Shown: positions 28,349-41,497 of the stretch, in pieces | Numbering within the stretch: position 1 is the stretch's first letter | Layout of the letters: each line of letters begins with the position of its first letter | Assembly (NCBI GenBank): GCA_014729795.1 | Contig: WJJI01000021.1 | Coordinates: forward strand, 1-57,471 | Source of the DNA: Candidatus Moraniibacteriota bacterium | Lineage (GTDB): Bacteria > Patescibacteriota > Minisyncoccia > CAIUEV01 > JAHKAQ01 | Reading direction: 5' to 3' | Length of the DNA: 57,471 bases | Position numbers and translations under genes: made by a program | Notes under the pieces: model-generated | The model's input: only the letters and a program-made list of their open reading frames with translations | What the model was told of the DNA's origin: nothing | The model's database searches: none

Positions 28349-29836
28349 ATGACTTTAAAAAATCAATCAACCTGTCGTTTAAGATTTGCGCCGTCGCCTA
28401 CCGGCTATTTGCATATTGGCAATTTGCGCACTATTTTAACCAATTATTTATTCGCGAGACATTATGGTGGAGATTTTATCGTGCGACTTGAGGATACCGA
28501 TCAAGCTAGAATAGTTCAGGGAGCAGCTAAGGAAATTATAAAATCGCTAAAATGGGCCGGGCTTGAGTGGGAGGAAGGGATTGACCTTGACAGTCGTGGT
28601 CAAATTGTGGAAAAGGGATCTTCGGGTCCATATATTCAATCGAAAAGATTGGCAATTTATCAAAAAATGGCAGAGCAGTTAATTCGGACCGATCAAGCTT
28701 ATTATTGTTTTTGCTCTCGCAAACGGTTAGAGAATATGCGGCAAACGCAAATTCAAAGAAAACAAGCGCCGATGTACGACCGTTATTGTCGCCAATTAAC
28801 CGAGGCGGAAATTAAAAAAAAGCTTAAAAACAAAGAACCATACGTGATTAGACTCAAGGTTGCCAGAGAGGAAGAAACGGTTTTTAAGGATTTGGTTCGA
28901 GGTAGGATTCGGATTGAGAATCGCGTGATTGACGATCAAGTTTTGGTTAAGTCGGATGGGTTTCCGACTTATCATTTGGCTGTGGTGGTAGATGATCATT
29001 TAATGAAAATTACGCATGTGTTTCGTTCTGAAGAATGGTTACCCTCGGTACCGAAACATATTTTGATTTATAAGGCTTTTGGTTTTAAGTTGCCTTATTT
29101 TGGTCATTTGCCTCAGCTGTTAAACATGAACGGAAAAAAATTAAGCAAAAGAGATGGAGAGGTGGCGGTAAAAGATTTTCGTTATAAAGGTTATTTAAGC
29201 GAAGCGGTGATTAACTATATTGCCTTGCTGGGTTGGAATCCGAAAACAACTCAGGAAATATTTAGCTTAGAGGAATTAGTAAAGCAATTTGACGAGCGAA
29301 AACTGAATAAAGCCGGCGCGAAATTTGATTATGCTCGTTTGAATTGGTATCAAGCTTATTACTTAAAAAGACTAACTGATGAAAAATTATTTTCATGGGG
29401 AAAGGCAATGTGGCAGCGTTTTGGAATCCAGGGAGTGGAGCCGGAGCAAAGTAAAATCGAGAAAATTCTTTTAGTGCAAAAGCAGAGAGTGGGCGAGCCG
29501 GCTCAAATATTTAAGGAGGTTGATTATTTATTGAAACCCGTTAAATATGCCACGGACTTACTAAAATGGAAAAATATGAGCCAACAGCAGGTACGGGAAC
29601 AACTAAACAAAGCCTGGCAGACGCTTGATCAGGTTAAAGAAAAAGATTTTGAGTTAGAGCGGATCCAACAGGTTTTGACGGAAGCGGCTGCGGAAAAAAG
29701 AGGAGAATTTTTATGGCCGCTCAGAGTGGCTTTAAGCGGGAAAAAACAAAGCGTGAGTCCTTTTGAGTGCGCTTGGGTGTTGGGCAAGAAGCAAAGCAAA
29801 AAAAGAATCGAACAAGCCTTGAATAAAATAAAATAA
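28349..29836 (+). CDS. gltX: Glutamyl-tRNA synthetase
   Basis: RLRFAPSPTGYLHIGNLRT (HIGH-type) and KLSKRDG (KMSKS-type) motifs. 495 aa. Confidence 0.92.
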   Translation: MTLKNQSTCRLRFAPSPTGYLHIGNLRTILTNYLFARHYGGDFIVRLEDTDQARIVQGAAKEIIKSLKWAGLEWEEGIDLDSRGQIVEKGSSGPYIQSKRLAIYQKMAEQLIRTDQAYYCFCSRKRLENMRQTQIQRKQAPMYDRYCRQLTEAEIKKKLKNKEPYVIRLKVAREEETVFKDLVRGRIRIENRVIDDQVLVKSDGFPTYHLAVVVDDHLMKITHVFRSEEWLPSVPKHILIYKAFGFKLPYFGHLPQLLNMNGKKLSKRDGEVAVKDFRYKGYLSEAVINYIALLGWNPKTTQEIFSLEELVKQFDERKLNKAGAKFDYARLNWYQAYYLKRLTDEKLFSWGKAMWQRFGIQGVEPEQSKIEKILLVQKQRVGEPAQIFKEVDYLLKPVKYATDLLKWKNMSQQQVREQLNKAWQTLDQVKEKDFELERIQQVLTEAAAEKRGEFLWPLRVALSGKKQSVSPFECAWVLGKKQSKKRIEQALNKIK

Positions 29837-30025
29837 TTTGAAAAGCGATTTTTTTATAAAAGTAAAAAATTTTTTATTTTTAATAAACAATAAGAAGTTG
29901 GTTTCTTTTTGGAAAATAGGAGTTTTTAAAAAAACAAAAGGTAAAAAATAATTTTAGTCTTAAAAATTTAAAAAATTTTAGCAAACAATAACCTTTTTGT
30001 TTGAAACCATTTATTAATGGGCTAT

Positions 30026-30055
30026 TTGACAATTAGAGAATTAAAGAGTTACAAT
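30026..30055 (+). promoter_or_regulatory. Candidate sigma70-type promoter
   Basis: TTGACA (30026-30031), an 18-nt spacer, then TACAAT (30050-30055). About 65 nt upstream of the 30121 ATG. Confidence 0.3.
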
Positions 30056-30120
30056 GAATTGGCAAGATTGGTTAACACGGTTTTTACAATAGGTAAAAAA
30101 ATAATATTAAGTAAAAAAAA

Positions 30121-31092
30121 ATGAAGAACTCAAGAAAAGGATTAAAAAGTAGCTCAATCGGTTTGCTTATATTTATAATTGGAGGCTTTTTTTGCATGGC
30201 GAATGAGGTTACTTTAGCAAGAACTTATGATTTATATGTGGAGGCCCAAGCCGCGGCGGGAGGTGATGGTAGCCAAGCAAGACCGTATAATTCTATTGGA
30301 AAAGCATTAAGCCAAACCAAGGAAGACCAAATTGTTTTTGTTAAAAACGGGCTTTATCAAGAACAAATCGTGATTCCGAGGCAGGTAGAGGTATTAGGCG
30401 AGGATGAAAAAAGGGTAATTATTGACGGGGGAGACGGAGCCGATAAGGGAGACACAGTTTACATGAACCATAAAACCAAGTTGAAAAATGTGACGGTTAA
30501 AGGGGGTTATGTGGGAATCAGGGTACCGAAGCGAGCCGGAGTAAAAGTTGACAATGTTACGATTAAAAAAGCCAAAAAAGACGGAGTTTATCTAGAAGGA
30601 GACAAGAAGACCAGAAGGAAAGATCGCTATGAAAGGGACTTTGAAGATTGTAAAATTATCGACAATGGAGCCAAGGGCATGTATGTTAAGAAGAGTCAAT
30701 TTTCCATTGAAGAATCCGAGATTGAGGACAATGAAGAAGAAGGCATTGATTTGAGGAAATATGTAAAAGGTCGAATTGAAGATAATGAATTTGATGATAA
30801 TGGAGAAAGCCACATTGAAACCAAAATTGATAAGATAAAATTGAAAATTAAGGATAATAATTTTGAGGATGGCGATAGAAGCGCGATTGCTTTACAGTCT
30901 TATCAAGGATCCGGCGGATACATATATTTAAAAGACAATAAAATTAAAGATAATAAGCATTACGGAATAAAATGTAAGCGCATGAGTAATGGGCCGGCTG
31001 GAGGCTGGGCAAGTAAATTAATGATGATAGGCAACAAATTCGCCTCTAATGATAAAGGAGATTTTTCTAAACGTTGTAAAATTGACAGATAG
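30121..31092 (+). CDS. Secreted right-handed beta-helix (pectin-lyase-fold, DUF1565-like) protein
   Basis: Signal/TM segment IGLLIFIIGGFFCMA. GDGSQARPYNSIGKAL...VFVKNGLYQEQIVI. Repeated G-x-hydrophobic coils (KGGYVGIRV, DGVYLEG, KGMYV, EGIDL). Confidence 0.6.
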   Translation: MKNSRKGLKSSSIGLLIFIIGGFFCMANEVTLARTYDLYVEAQAAAGGDGSQARPYNSIGKALSQTKEDQIVFVKNGLYQEQIVIPRQVEVLGEDEKRVIIDGGDGADKGDTVYMNHKTKLKNVTVKGGYVGIRVPKRAGVKVDNVTIKKAKKDGVYLEGDKKTRRKDRYERDFEDCKIIDNGAKGMYVKKSQFSIEESEIEDNEEEGIDLRKYVKGRIEDNEFDDNGESHIETKIDKIKLKIKDNNFEDGDRSAIALQSYQGSGGYIYLKDNKIKDNKHYGIKCKRMSNGPAGGWASKLMMIGNKFASNDKGDFSKRCKIDR

Positions 31093-31289
31093 TGAAAATT
31101 ATTGGCATGAATGAGGATGAGAATTTGACTTTTATGGATTTTGTTGGTAATTTATAGTTTCCTCAATATAAAATATTTATTTTAATAAAATTGCTTTCAG
31201 TAGAGTGGTTGTTTGTAGCTGAATAGTTTTTTGACTTTTTGGATTTAAAAACAAGCAATAAGATATTGTTTGTTTTTAGGCTCAAAAAA

Positions 31290-31414
31290 TTATGACTTAC
31301 GCGCTTGGTAAATTTTCAGAGAAGATTCGACGGTTTTTGACCACATACACCGTATACTTCTTACAGAAATCCCGATATTTTTTGCAAAATTTCTCTAAGC
31401 GTGTAAGTCATAAG
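31290..31414. repeat. Intergenic inverted-repeat element, copy D (best-preserved copy)
   Basis: TTATGACTTACGCGCTTGG (31290-31308) compared with the reverse complement of CTAAGCGTGTAAGTCATAAG (31395-31414) gives 17/19 matching bases. The arms flank about 86 nt. Confidence 0.75.
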
Positions 31415-31510
31415 AATAAGGAACTTTAACAATTTAATTTACCAAATTTTAGATGCATTAAAGAGCCATAATAATGTCTAAAATTAGGGTAAATGGCATC
31501 AATATTAATG

Positions 31511-31541
31511 AATTAATCATTATTTGCTAGTTAAAAACAAG
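31511..31541 (+). promoter_or_regulatory. 5' strand of the 23S rRNA processing stem
   Basis: AATTAATCATTATTTGCTAGTTAAAAACAAG is complementary to 34706-34737 (CTTGTTTTTAACTAGTTAATGGTGATTAATTT). This is the typical RNase III-type stem enclosing a 23S gene. Confidence 0.7.
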
Positions 31542-31575
31542 AATCTTGGGAATTCTTCCCAAATAAAAATAATGC

Positions 31576-34692
<3,117 letters not shown>

Positions 34693-34705
34693 CGCATTTA
34701 TAACA

Positions 34706-34737
34706 CTTGTTTTTAACTAGTTAATGGTGATTAATTT
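34706..34737 (+). promoter_or_regulatory. 3' strand of the 23S rRNA processing stem
   Basis: Complementary to 31511-31541 with a few mismatches or bulges. Confidence 0.7.
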
Positions 34738-34819
34738 AGAACTTACACGTTTGGAAAATTTAAACTTTTAAAATAAGAAATAACGATAATTTTTAAAATT
34801 TTAAACGTGTAAGTTCTAA
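34736..34819. repeat. Intergenic inverted-repeat element, copy E (short form)
   Basis: Left arm TTAGAACTTACACGTTTGGAAAATTT. Right arm AAATTTTAAACGTGTAAGTTCTAA. These are near-perfect inverted arms around an AT-rich loop. Confidence 0.7.
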
Positions 34820-34840
34820 TTAGCTCTCGATTTCAGCATA

Positions 34841-34876
34841 AAACCTGTTTTTTAACAGGTTTTTTTGTTTTTTTTG
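34841..34876 (+). terminator. Rho-independent terminator after the 23S gene
   Basis: AAACCTGTT-tttt-AACAGGTTT followed by TTTTTGTTTTTTT. Confidence 0.7.
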
Positions 34877-35028
34877 AAAAATTATATAGGATAAGAAGTA
34901 AAACGGAGCAATGGGTGTCTTCCGCTAATTAAATTGATAATGGCTGTGATTTAATGATAAAATGAACTTAAAGAGCTCTTAGTTACAACACAATTAAGGA
35001 AGAATTTTTTTATTTTATAATAGAATTC

Positions 35029-35844
35029 ATGAACAAAAATGAAGTTATATTTTTCCGGGAAGCACAAGAAAAACGAATTATAAGGAATGTGGATAGTTTT
35101 ATAGAATTAATTACAAAAAAATTTAACCTTATGGTAGAACAAGAAGATAAAGAATTAGAGTTGGTGACATTGTTGACGGCATTAAGAAATAAAAGTAATA
35201 CCGAAGCGGATGAAGACAATAAAAAAAACCAAAACGGGCAAATTATTCAGTTGAAAGAATATAGAAATGAGCAAGAAATTCAGAGATTAAAACAAACGAT
35301 TGAAGACTTAAGAATAAAAATCACTAATTTAGAAAATAAAATTAAAGAGAAAAAATATAAACATAGAAGGCAATTACAAGATATTAATAGCAAAGAAACC
35401 GAAAGGACACCATTCGAAAGGACACCATTACCGGATTCCGAGAAAAAAAGCGATGGTAGACCGAAAACCCATGAGGTGATTTTAATTGAAATCTTGAAAG
35501 AAAAAATACAAGCAATAGAAAATAAAATTAAGCAAAAAATTAATAAAATTAAAACGTTATTAAATTCAATGCCCGGATTATTAAAAGAACAACAACATAT
35601 TAAAAATTTGTTGTTATTATCTTTGAATTTATTGGATGAAGATACGAATAAACCAAGCCAGTATAGAGATAAATATAGAGTTTTAGTTGATTCTTTGGAA
35701 AGCCTAAAATCAGCTAATGAAACAAATTATAAAAATGTTGCAGATCAAACATTAAAAAGAATAAAGGATGCAAAGCCAGAATTTCTAAGACTTGATGAAT
35801 TGTTTTTGCTAAAAAAAGAATTGTCTGATTTAATAAAGCTCTAA
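35029..35844 (+). CDS. Hypothetical coiled-coil protein
   Basis: K/E/N-rich heptad-like sequence (IQRLKQTIEDLRIKITNLENKIKEKK). No enzymatic motif. Confidence 0.45.
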   Translation: MNKNEVIFFREAQEKRIIRNVDSFIELITKKFNLMVEQEDKELELVTLLTALRNKSNTEADEDNKKNQNGQIIQLKEYRNEQEIQRLKQTIEDLRIKITNLENKIKEKKYKHRRQLQDINSKETERTPFERTPLPDSEKKSDGRPKTHEVILIEILKEKIQAIENKIKQKINKIKTLLNSMPGLLKEQQHIKNLLLLSLNLLDEDTNKPSQYRDKYRVLVDSLESLKSANETNYKNVADQTLKRIKDAKPEFLRLDELFLLKKELSDLIKL

Positions 35845-35865
35845 AGGCATTAATGGTTTTAAATT

Positions 35866-36582
35866 ATGTCTAGCAAACATGAACAACCAGAGGAACTTAA
35901 AGATCCCGAGATTGAGAAGTTGGAGCAAAGATTGAGGAAGCTGGATGAACAGATAAAGAATTATACTAATTTAATCAAAAACAACGAACAAGAAATTCAA
36001 GAAATAAACGATAAATTAAAAAACAAAGTAATTGATATTAACAAGGGAGAGTTATTTATCAGAAAAAAAGCTGTTTTAATAGAATTGAATGAATATTATG
36101 CAAATGAAATAATTAACCTTGAAAAACAACGAAAGGAGCTCGGAAGTCAACTAGAGGGTTTGCTTAACGCAACCGTAAAAAATTCAGAAGTTATTGATTT
36201 TTGTTCAGATGGATCCAAAAAAGAATTGATTGAAAAAAGATTGAAACAGATTCAGGCACAAATTGATCAATTAAATAATGATATTGCTTTTTTAAAGAGT
36301 TCGCTTGAGCTTCGGAATATTAAATTGTTAGATCTTGAATTATCAAGATTGAGAACCCGGGGACAAGGAACCGAATCAGCACCAAGCCACCAAACCGATA
36401 AGGGGCCTAAAGATAGCAGTAAAGTCATTGTCTTGGAAGATAAAAAATTAGAAAAAGCCAAAGAAACGGTTGAAGAACTCAAAAGAGCCATAAAGATTAA
36501 AGAACGATCGATAAATATTTTATTAAGAAGAATCGAAGTATTAGTTAAGAAGAGAGATAGGCTTTTAGCTGAACAGTTTTAA
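35866..36582 (+). CDS. Hypothetical coiled-coil protein
   Basis: EIEKLEQRLRKLDEQIKNYTNLIKNNEQEIQEINDKLKN and similar. 21 nt downstream of the previous gene. Confidence 0.45.
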   Translation: MSSKHEQPEELKDPEIEKLEQRLRKLDEQIKNYTNLIKNNEQEIQEINDKLKNKVIDINKGELFIRKKAVLIELNEYYANEIINLEKQRKELGSQLEGLLNATVKNSEVIDFCSDGSKKELIEKRLKQIQAQIDQLNNDIAFLKSSLELRNIKLLDLELSRLRTRGQGTESAPSHQTDKGPKDSSKVIVLEDKKLEKAKETVEELKRAIKIKERSINILLRRIEVLVKKRDRLLAEQF

Positions 36583-36643
36583 CGAATTAACCCTATTTAG
36601 AATTCAGCGATGACTGACATTGAGTCAATAATCAAGATTAAAA

Positions 36644-37276
36644 ATGATATTTAAAAATAGAAAACAAGCAGGTCAAAAGTTAGCAGGAATTTTAGAAGGG
36701 TATGAGCAGGATAAAACAGCGATTGTTTTAGGATTGGCTCGAGGCGGGGTGGTGACGGCTGAGGTCGTGGCGAAAAGGTTGGGCTTGGCTTTAGATTTGT
36801 TGGTGGTTAAGAAAATCGGAGCTCCGGGGAATGAGGAATTTGCTTTGGGAGCGGTTACTCAAACCGGCACCGGTTTTTTTGATGATAGGATAATTGATTA
36901 CTATGGAATTGATAAGGAGTACATAGAGCAAGAACAAGCAAAAGCCATTGCTTTGGCTCAAGAAAAAAATAGTTTATATCGAGGTGATCGGTCCGAACTT
37001 GACCTGACCGGGAAGAAAACAATCTTGGTTGATGACGGGTTGGCAACAGGAGCTAGCATGATTGCGGCAGCCAAATGCGTTAAAGAACTGGGGGCGCAAA
37101 AGATAATTATAGCGACGCCGGTAGCGGCGCCTGATTCGTTAGAAAAAATCAGACAGTATATTGATGAAATAAAAGTTTTAGAGTCGACAAATTTGTTTTT
37201 AAGCGTGGGGCAGTTTTATCGGAAGTTTGACCAAGTAACCGATAAGCAAGTTCAAGAGATTATGAAAACCAACTAA
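36644..37276 (+). CDS. Phosphoribosyltransferase-domain protein
   Basis: FKNRKQAGQKLA...VLGLARGGV and the PRPP-binding loop ILVDDGLATGASM. Confidence 0.8.
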   Translation: MIFKNRKQAGQKLAGILEGYEQDKTAIVLGLARGGVVTAEVVAKRLGLALDLLVVKKIGAPGNEEFALGAVTQTGTGFFDDRIIDYYGIDKEYIEQEQAKAIALAQEKNSLYRGDRSELDLTGKKTILVDDGLATGASMIAAAKCVKELGAQKIIIATPVAAPDSLEKIRQYIDEIKVLESTNLFLSVGQFYRKFDQVTDKQVQEIMKTN

Positions 37277-37407
37277 AGGATTATGCAAATTGTATAAAAG
37301 GATATAAGAATGCAATCGCGATAATGATTGTAATTACAAAAAATACTTAGCAAGATTTTATTTCTCTCAGTTAAGAATTTTATTAAAACTTATATAGGGT
37401 TAAAATA

Positions 37408-38076
37408 ATGAAAAAAGGAAAATTTACGGGCGATAAAAAGGTAGGAGGTTCTTTTTTATATGACTTGGAGATTAAGACTGTGAATAAGACGCTTCCTTAT
37501 ATTCCCAGATGGATAGAGACGTATCATTTGACTTATTCAACGATAATTTGGTCCCTTTTAATAATTCTATCCGGATACTTAAGTAATAAATACGGTATGA
37601 ATTGGTTGTGGCTTTCTTCGATAATGATCGTTTTGCAATATTTAACCGATTTGTATGATGGAAAACTGGGAAGGTATCGAAATACAGGTTTGGTTAAGTG
37701 GGGATATTATATGGATCATTTTTTGGATTATTTTTTTCTTTGCGCGATTTTGATTAGCTATTCTTTTGTGATTCCAGAGGACAAGGAAATAATACTGTTT
37801 TTTATTTTAGCAATTCTGGGAGGATTTATGGTTAATACCTATTTGGCCTTTGCGGTTTCAAATGAGTTTAGGATTTCATATTGGAAAATCGGACCAACCG
37901 AAATAAGAATTTTGTTTATTTTAATTAATACGTGGTTTATTGTTTTTAAAAAAAGCTATTTGTATTTTACTTTACCGACGTTTTTAATTTTAATAACCCT
38001 CGGACTCATAATTGTGGTTTACCGTACACAAAAGAGGATTTGGAGCATTGGTGCAAGAAGAGGAAAGCAAAAATAA
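37408..38076 (+). CDS. CDP-alcohol phosphatidyltransferase family protein
   Basis: DLYDGKLGRYRNTGLVKWGYYMDHFLD matches D-x2-D-G-x2-(A/G)-R...G-x3-D-x3-D. Multi-pass membrane protein. Confidence 0.75.
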   Translation: MKKGKFTGDKKVGGSFLYDLEIKTVNKTLPYIPRWIETYHLTYSTIIWSLLIILSGYLSNKYGMNWLWLSSIMIVLQYLTDLYDGKLGRYRNTGLVKWGYYMDHFLDYFFLCAILISYSFVIPEDKEIILFFILAILGGFMVNTYLAFAVSNEFRISYWKIGPTEIRILFILINTWFIVFKKSYLYFTLPTFLILITLGLIIVVYRTQKRIWSIGARRGKQK

Positions 38077-38223
38077 CTTTTTAATATTTTAAAAAATTAA
38101 ACAAAAATATCCTATTGGGAGAAAATGGTATGATATTTTACTTGCATAAATTCTTTTATTTGAATATAATATGTTTAATAGGAAAGATAATAATGATTAA
38201 TAAATAAAAATTAAAAGATAAAA

Positions 38224-38868
38224 ATGATTAAAAGAACATTAATTAGCGTGGCTCTGGGTATTCTATTAGCGGTGCCATTATTTGTTGTGGCTAAAGATGA
38301 AGCTAGCGGGGAAAGAATGAAATTAAAAGAGGCTGAAGTGATCAAGGCCATGCCTGAAATGGGTACAATGGTGGTTGAACGTAACGGGCATATCTATAAT
38401 ATTGTGTTTGCCAAAGCCGATCCGGACAAATTTGAATTGTTGAGTAAATACGGAATCATGGTGGACCCGATGAAATTAAGAGAAGGAGACAATATCACTT
38501 GTAGAGGCAGGAGATTTCTTCATCACTTTGTGCCTTCCAAATGTCGGGTAGAAAAGGGCTCGCAAAGAAAATTGAGAAGCGCCAAAAAAGGCATTATTGT
38601 AGCCGATGTTTTTGCTGTTGATCCGATTAATGATTTGATTTACGCAGCTCATAGTTTGAATAAACATGATATATCCATTTTTGAAGGAGAAAAATCTAAA
38701 AGATATAAAAATGGCAAAAGATACAATACTCATGGCGACCATGTTTATAAAGCTTATTGGAGATTAAAAATCGAGGCTGAATATGATAAGAGCGATGGTA
38801 TTTACAAAGACGTGGAAGAAATCGAAATTTTAAGTAAACATGATAATCCGCCGGAGTATGGTTATTAA
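38224..38868 (+). CDS. Hypothetical secreted protein
   Basis: Signal-like LISVALGILLAVPLFVVA. No recognisable domain. Confidence 0.45.
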   Translation: MIKRTLISVALGILLAVPLFVVAKDEASGERMKLKEAEVIKAMPEMGTMVVERNGHIYNIVFAKADPDKFELLSKYGIMVDPMKLREGDNITCRGRRFLHHFVPSKCRVEKGSQRKLRSAKKGIIVADVFAVDPINDLIYAAHSLNKHDISIFEGEKSKRYKNGKRYNTHGDHVYKAYWRLKIEAEYDKSDGIYKDVEEIEILSKHDNPPEYGY

Positions 38869-38904
38869 AACCAAAGCAAAGTAAATTATAATCTATTATG
38901 ATTA

Positions 38905-38928
38905 AGAGCGGCTTCCGGGTCGCTCTTT
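38905..38928 (+). terminator. Weak hairpin after the 38224-38868 gene
   Basis: AGAGCG-gcttccgggt-CGCTCT followed by a short T run. Confidence 0.3.
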
Positions 38929-38968
38929 GACATTTTCCTTAACCATGGTTATCCTAAAACCATAATAC

Positions 38969-39086
38969 GATTTATGCCTTTGGTAAATTCTTTTAAAGAA
39001 AACTCCGCGGTTTCGGCGATGGATATCCAAACACCTTTTACAAAAACCCCGTTATCTTTTCTGAAATTTCGCTAAGCCAGTAATTC
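38969..39086. repeat. Intergenic inverted-repeat element, copy F
   Basis: GATTTATGCCTTTGGTAAATTC...CCGCGGTTTCGGCG...GAAATTTCGCTAAGCCAGTAATTC. Collinear with copies C and D. Confidence 0.6.
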
Positions 39087-39194
39087 AGATAAAAAAGACT
39101 TGAGCAGAATTATAAAATGAATAGCCGGTATAATATTGATGAATTTATCTACTAGGCGTATTTGCTAAAAAATGTTAAAAATTAATAATCAAAA

Positions 39195-39425
39195 ATGAAC
39201 CAAGATAAAAAAACCGAACCTGAAAATGGACAACAAGAAATGGAGGCAACGGTGGAGTATGACCTGGATACTTGCACACGTTGCATGGCATGTGTTACCA
39301 GCTGTCCGACCAAGTGCTTGGAAGACGTTAATGGCGATCCCAAACAAGTTAGACCGCAAGATTGTATTAAATGCGGCAACTGCGAGTCGATTTGTCCTGT
39401 CGGGGCGGTGAAGTTAAAAAAATAA
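39195..39425 (+). CDS. 2x[4Fe-4S] ferredoxin
   Basis: CTRCMACVTSCP and CIKCGNCESICP cluster motifs. 76 aa. Confidence 0.85.
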   Translation: MNQDKKTEPENGQQEMEATVEYDLDTCTRCMACVTSCPTKCLEDVNGDPKQVRPQDCIKCGNCESICPVGAVKLKK

Positions 39426-39440
39426 TTATAGTTTAGTTTT

Positions 39441-39467
39441 AAAAAAGAGCCACCACAGGCTCTTTTT
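39441..39467 (+). terminator. Rho-independent terminator after the ferredoxin gene
   Basis: AAAAAAGAGCC-accaca-GGCTCTTTTT. Confidence 0.6.
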
Positions 39468-39475
39468 AAGTAATT

Positions 39476-39502
39476 TTAGCACTCCCCCTTGACGAGTGCT
39501 AA
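39476..39502. promoter_or_regulatory. CIRCE element (HrcA operator)
   Basis: TTAGCACTC-ccccttgac-GAGTGCTAA is a perfect match to the consensus TTAGCACTC-N9-GAGTGCTAA. About 90 nt upstream of groEL. A TTGACG hexamer sits in the spacer. Confidence 0.9.
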
Positions 39503-39577
39503 TTTAATTTGCTATGTTGTTTATAGATGATAATTATAAAAGACCTAGCGCGTAAGCGTTAGTTAAATAAATAATAA

Positions 39578-41251
<1,674 letters not shown>

Positions 41252-41277
41252 TTTGATCGAGTTTTATAATATTTTTT

Positions 41278-41306
41278 AGGGCTTGCTTTATTGGCAAGCC
41301 CTTTTA
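41278..41306 (+). terminator. Rho-independent terminator after groEL
   Basis: AGGGCTTGC-tttattg-GCAAGCCCT followed by TTTT. Confidence 0.6.
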
Positions 41307-41497
41307 AAATTTATTTGAATGCCCAAATTTTACTAGCTTGTAATATTGCTTTTAGACGATGGCGATAAAGTCGAGCAAGAAAGCTAGATTTTTTTTAAAG
41401 GATTTGTTATTTTAAAGAATGATCGTTGGTTTTTAATTGGATTAAAGCTTTCAAGACAGGAGTGATTCTATAATGATTTTGGTAAATTAATTAAATA

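Noticed and set aside
34693-35028. 5S rRNA or tRNA downstream of the 23S gene
   Set aside because: This region contains only the processing-stem strand, repeat copy E and a terminator. No 5S-like or cloverleaf sequence was found.
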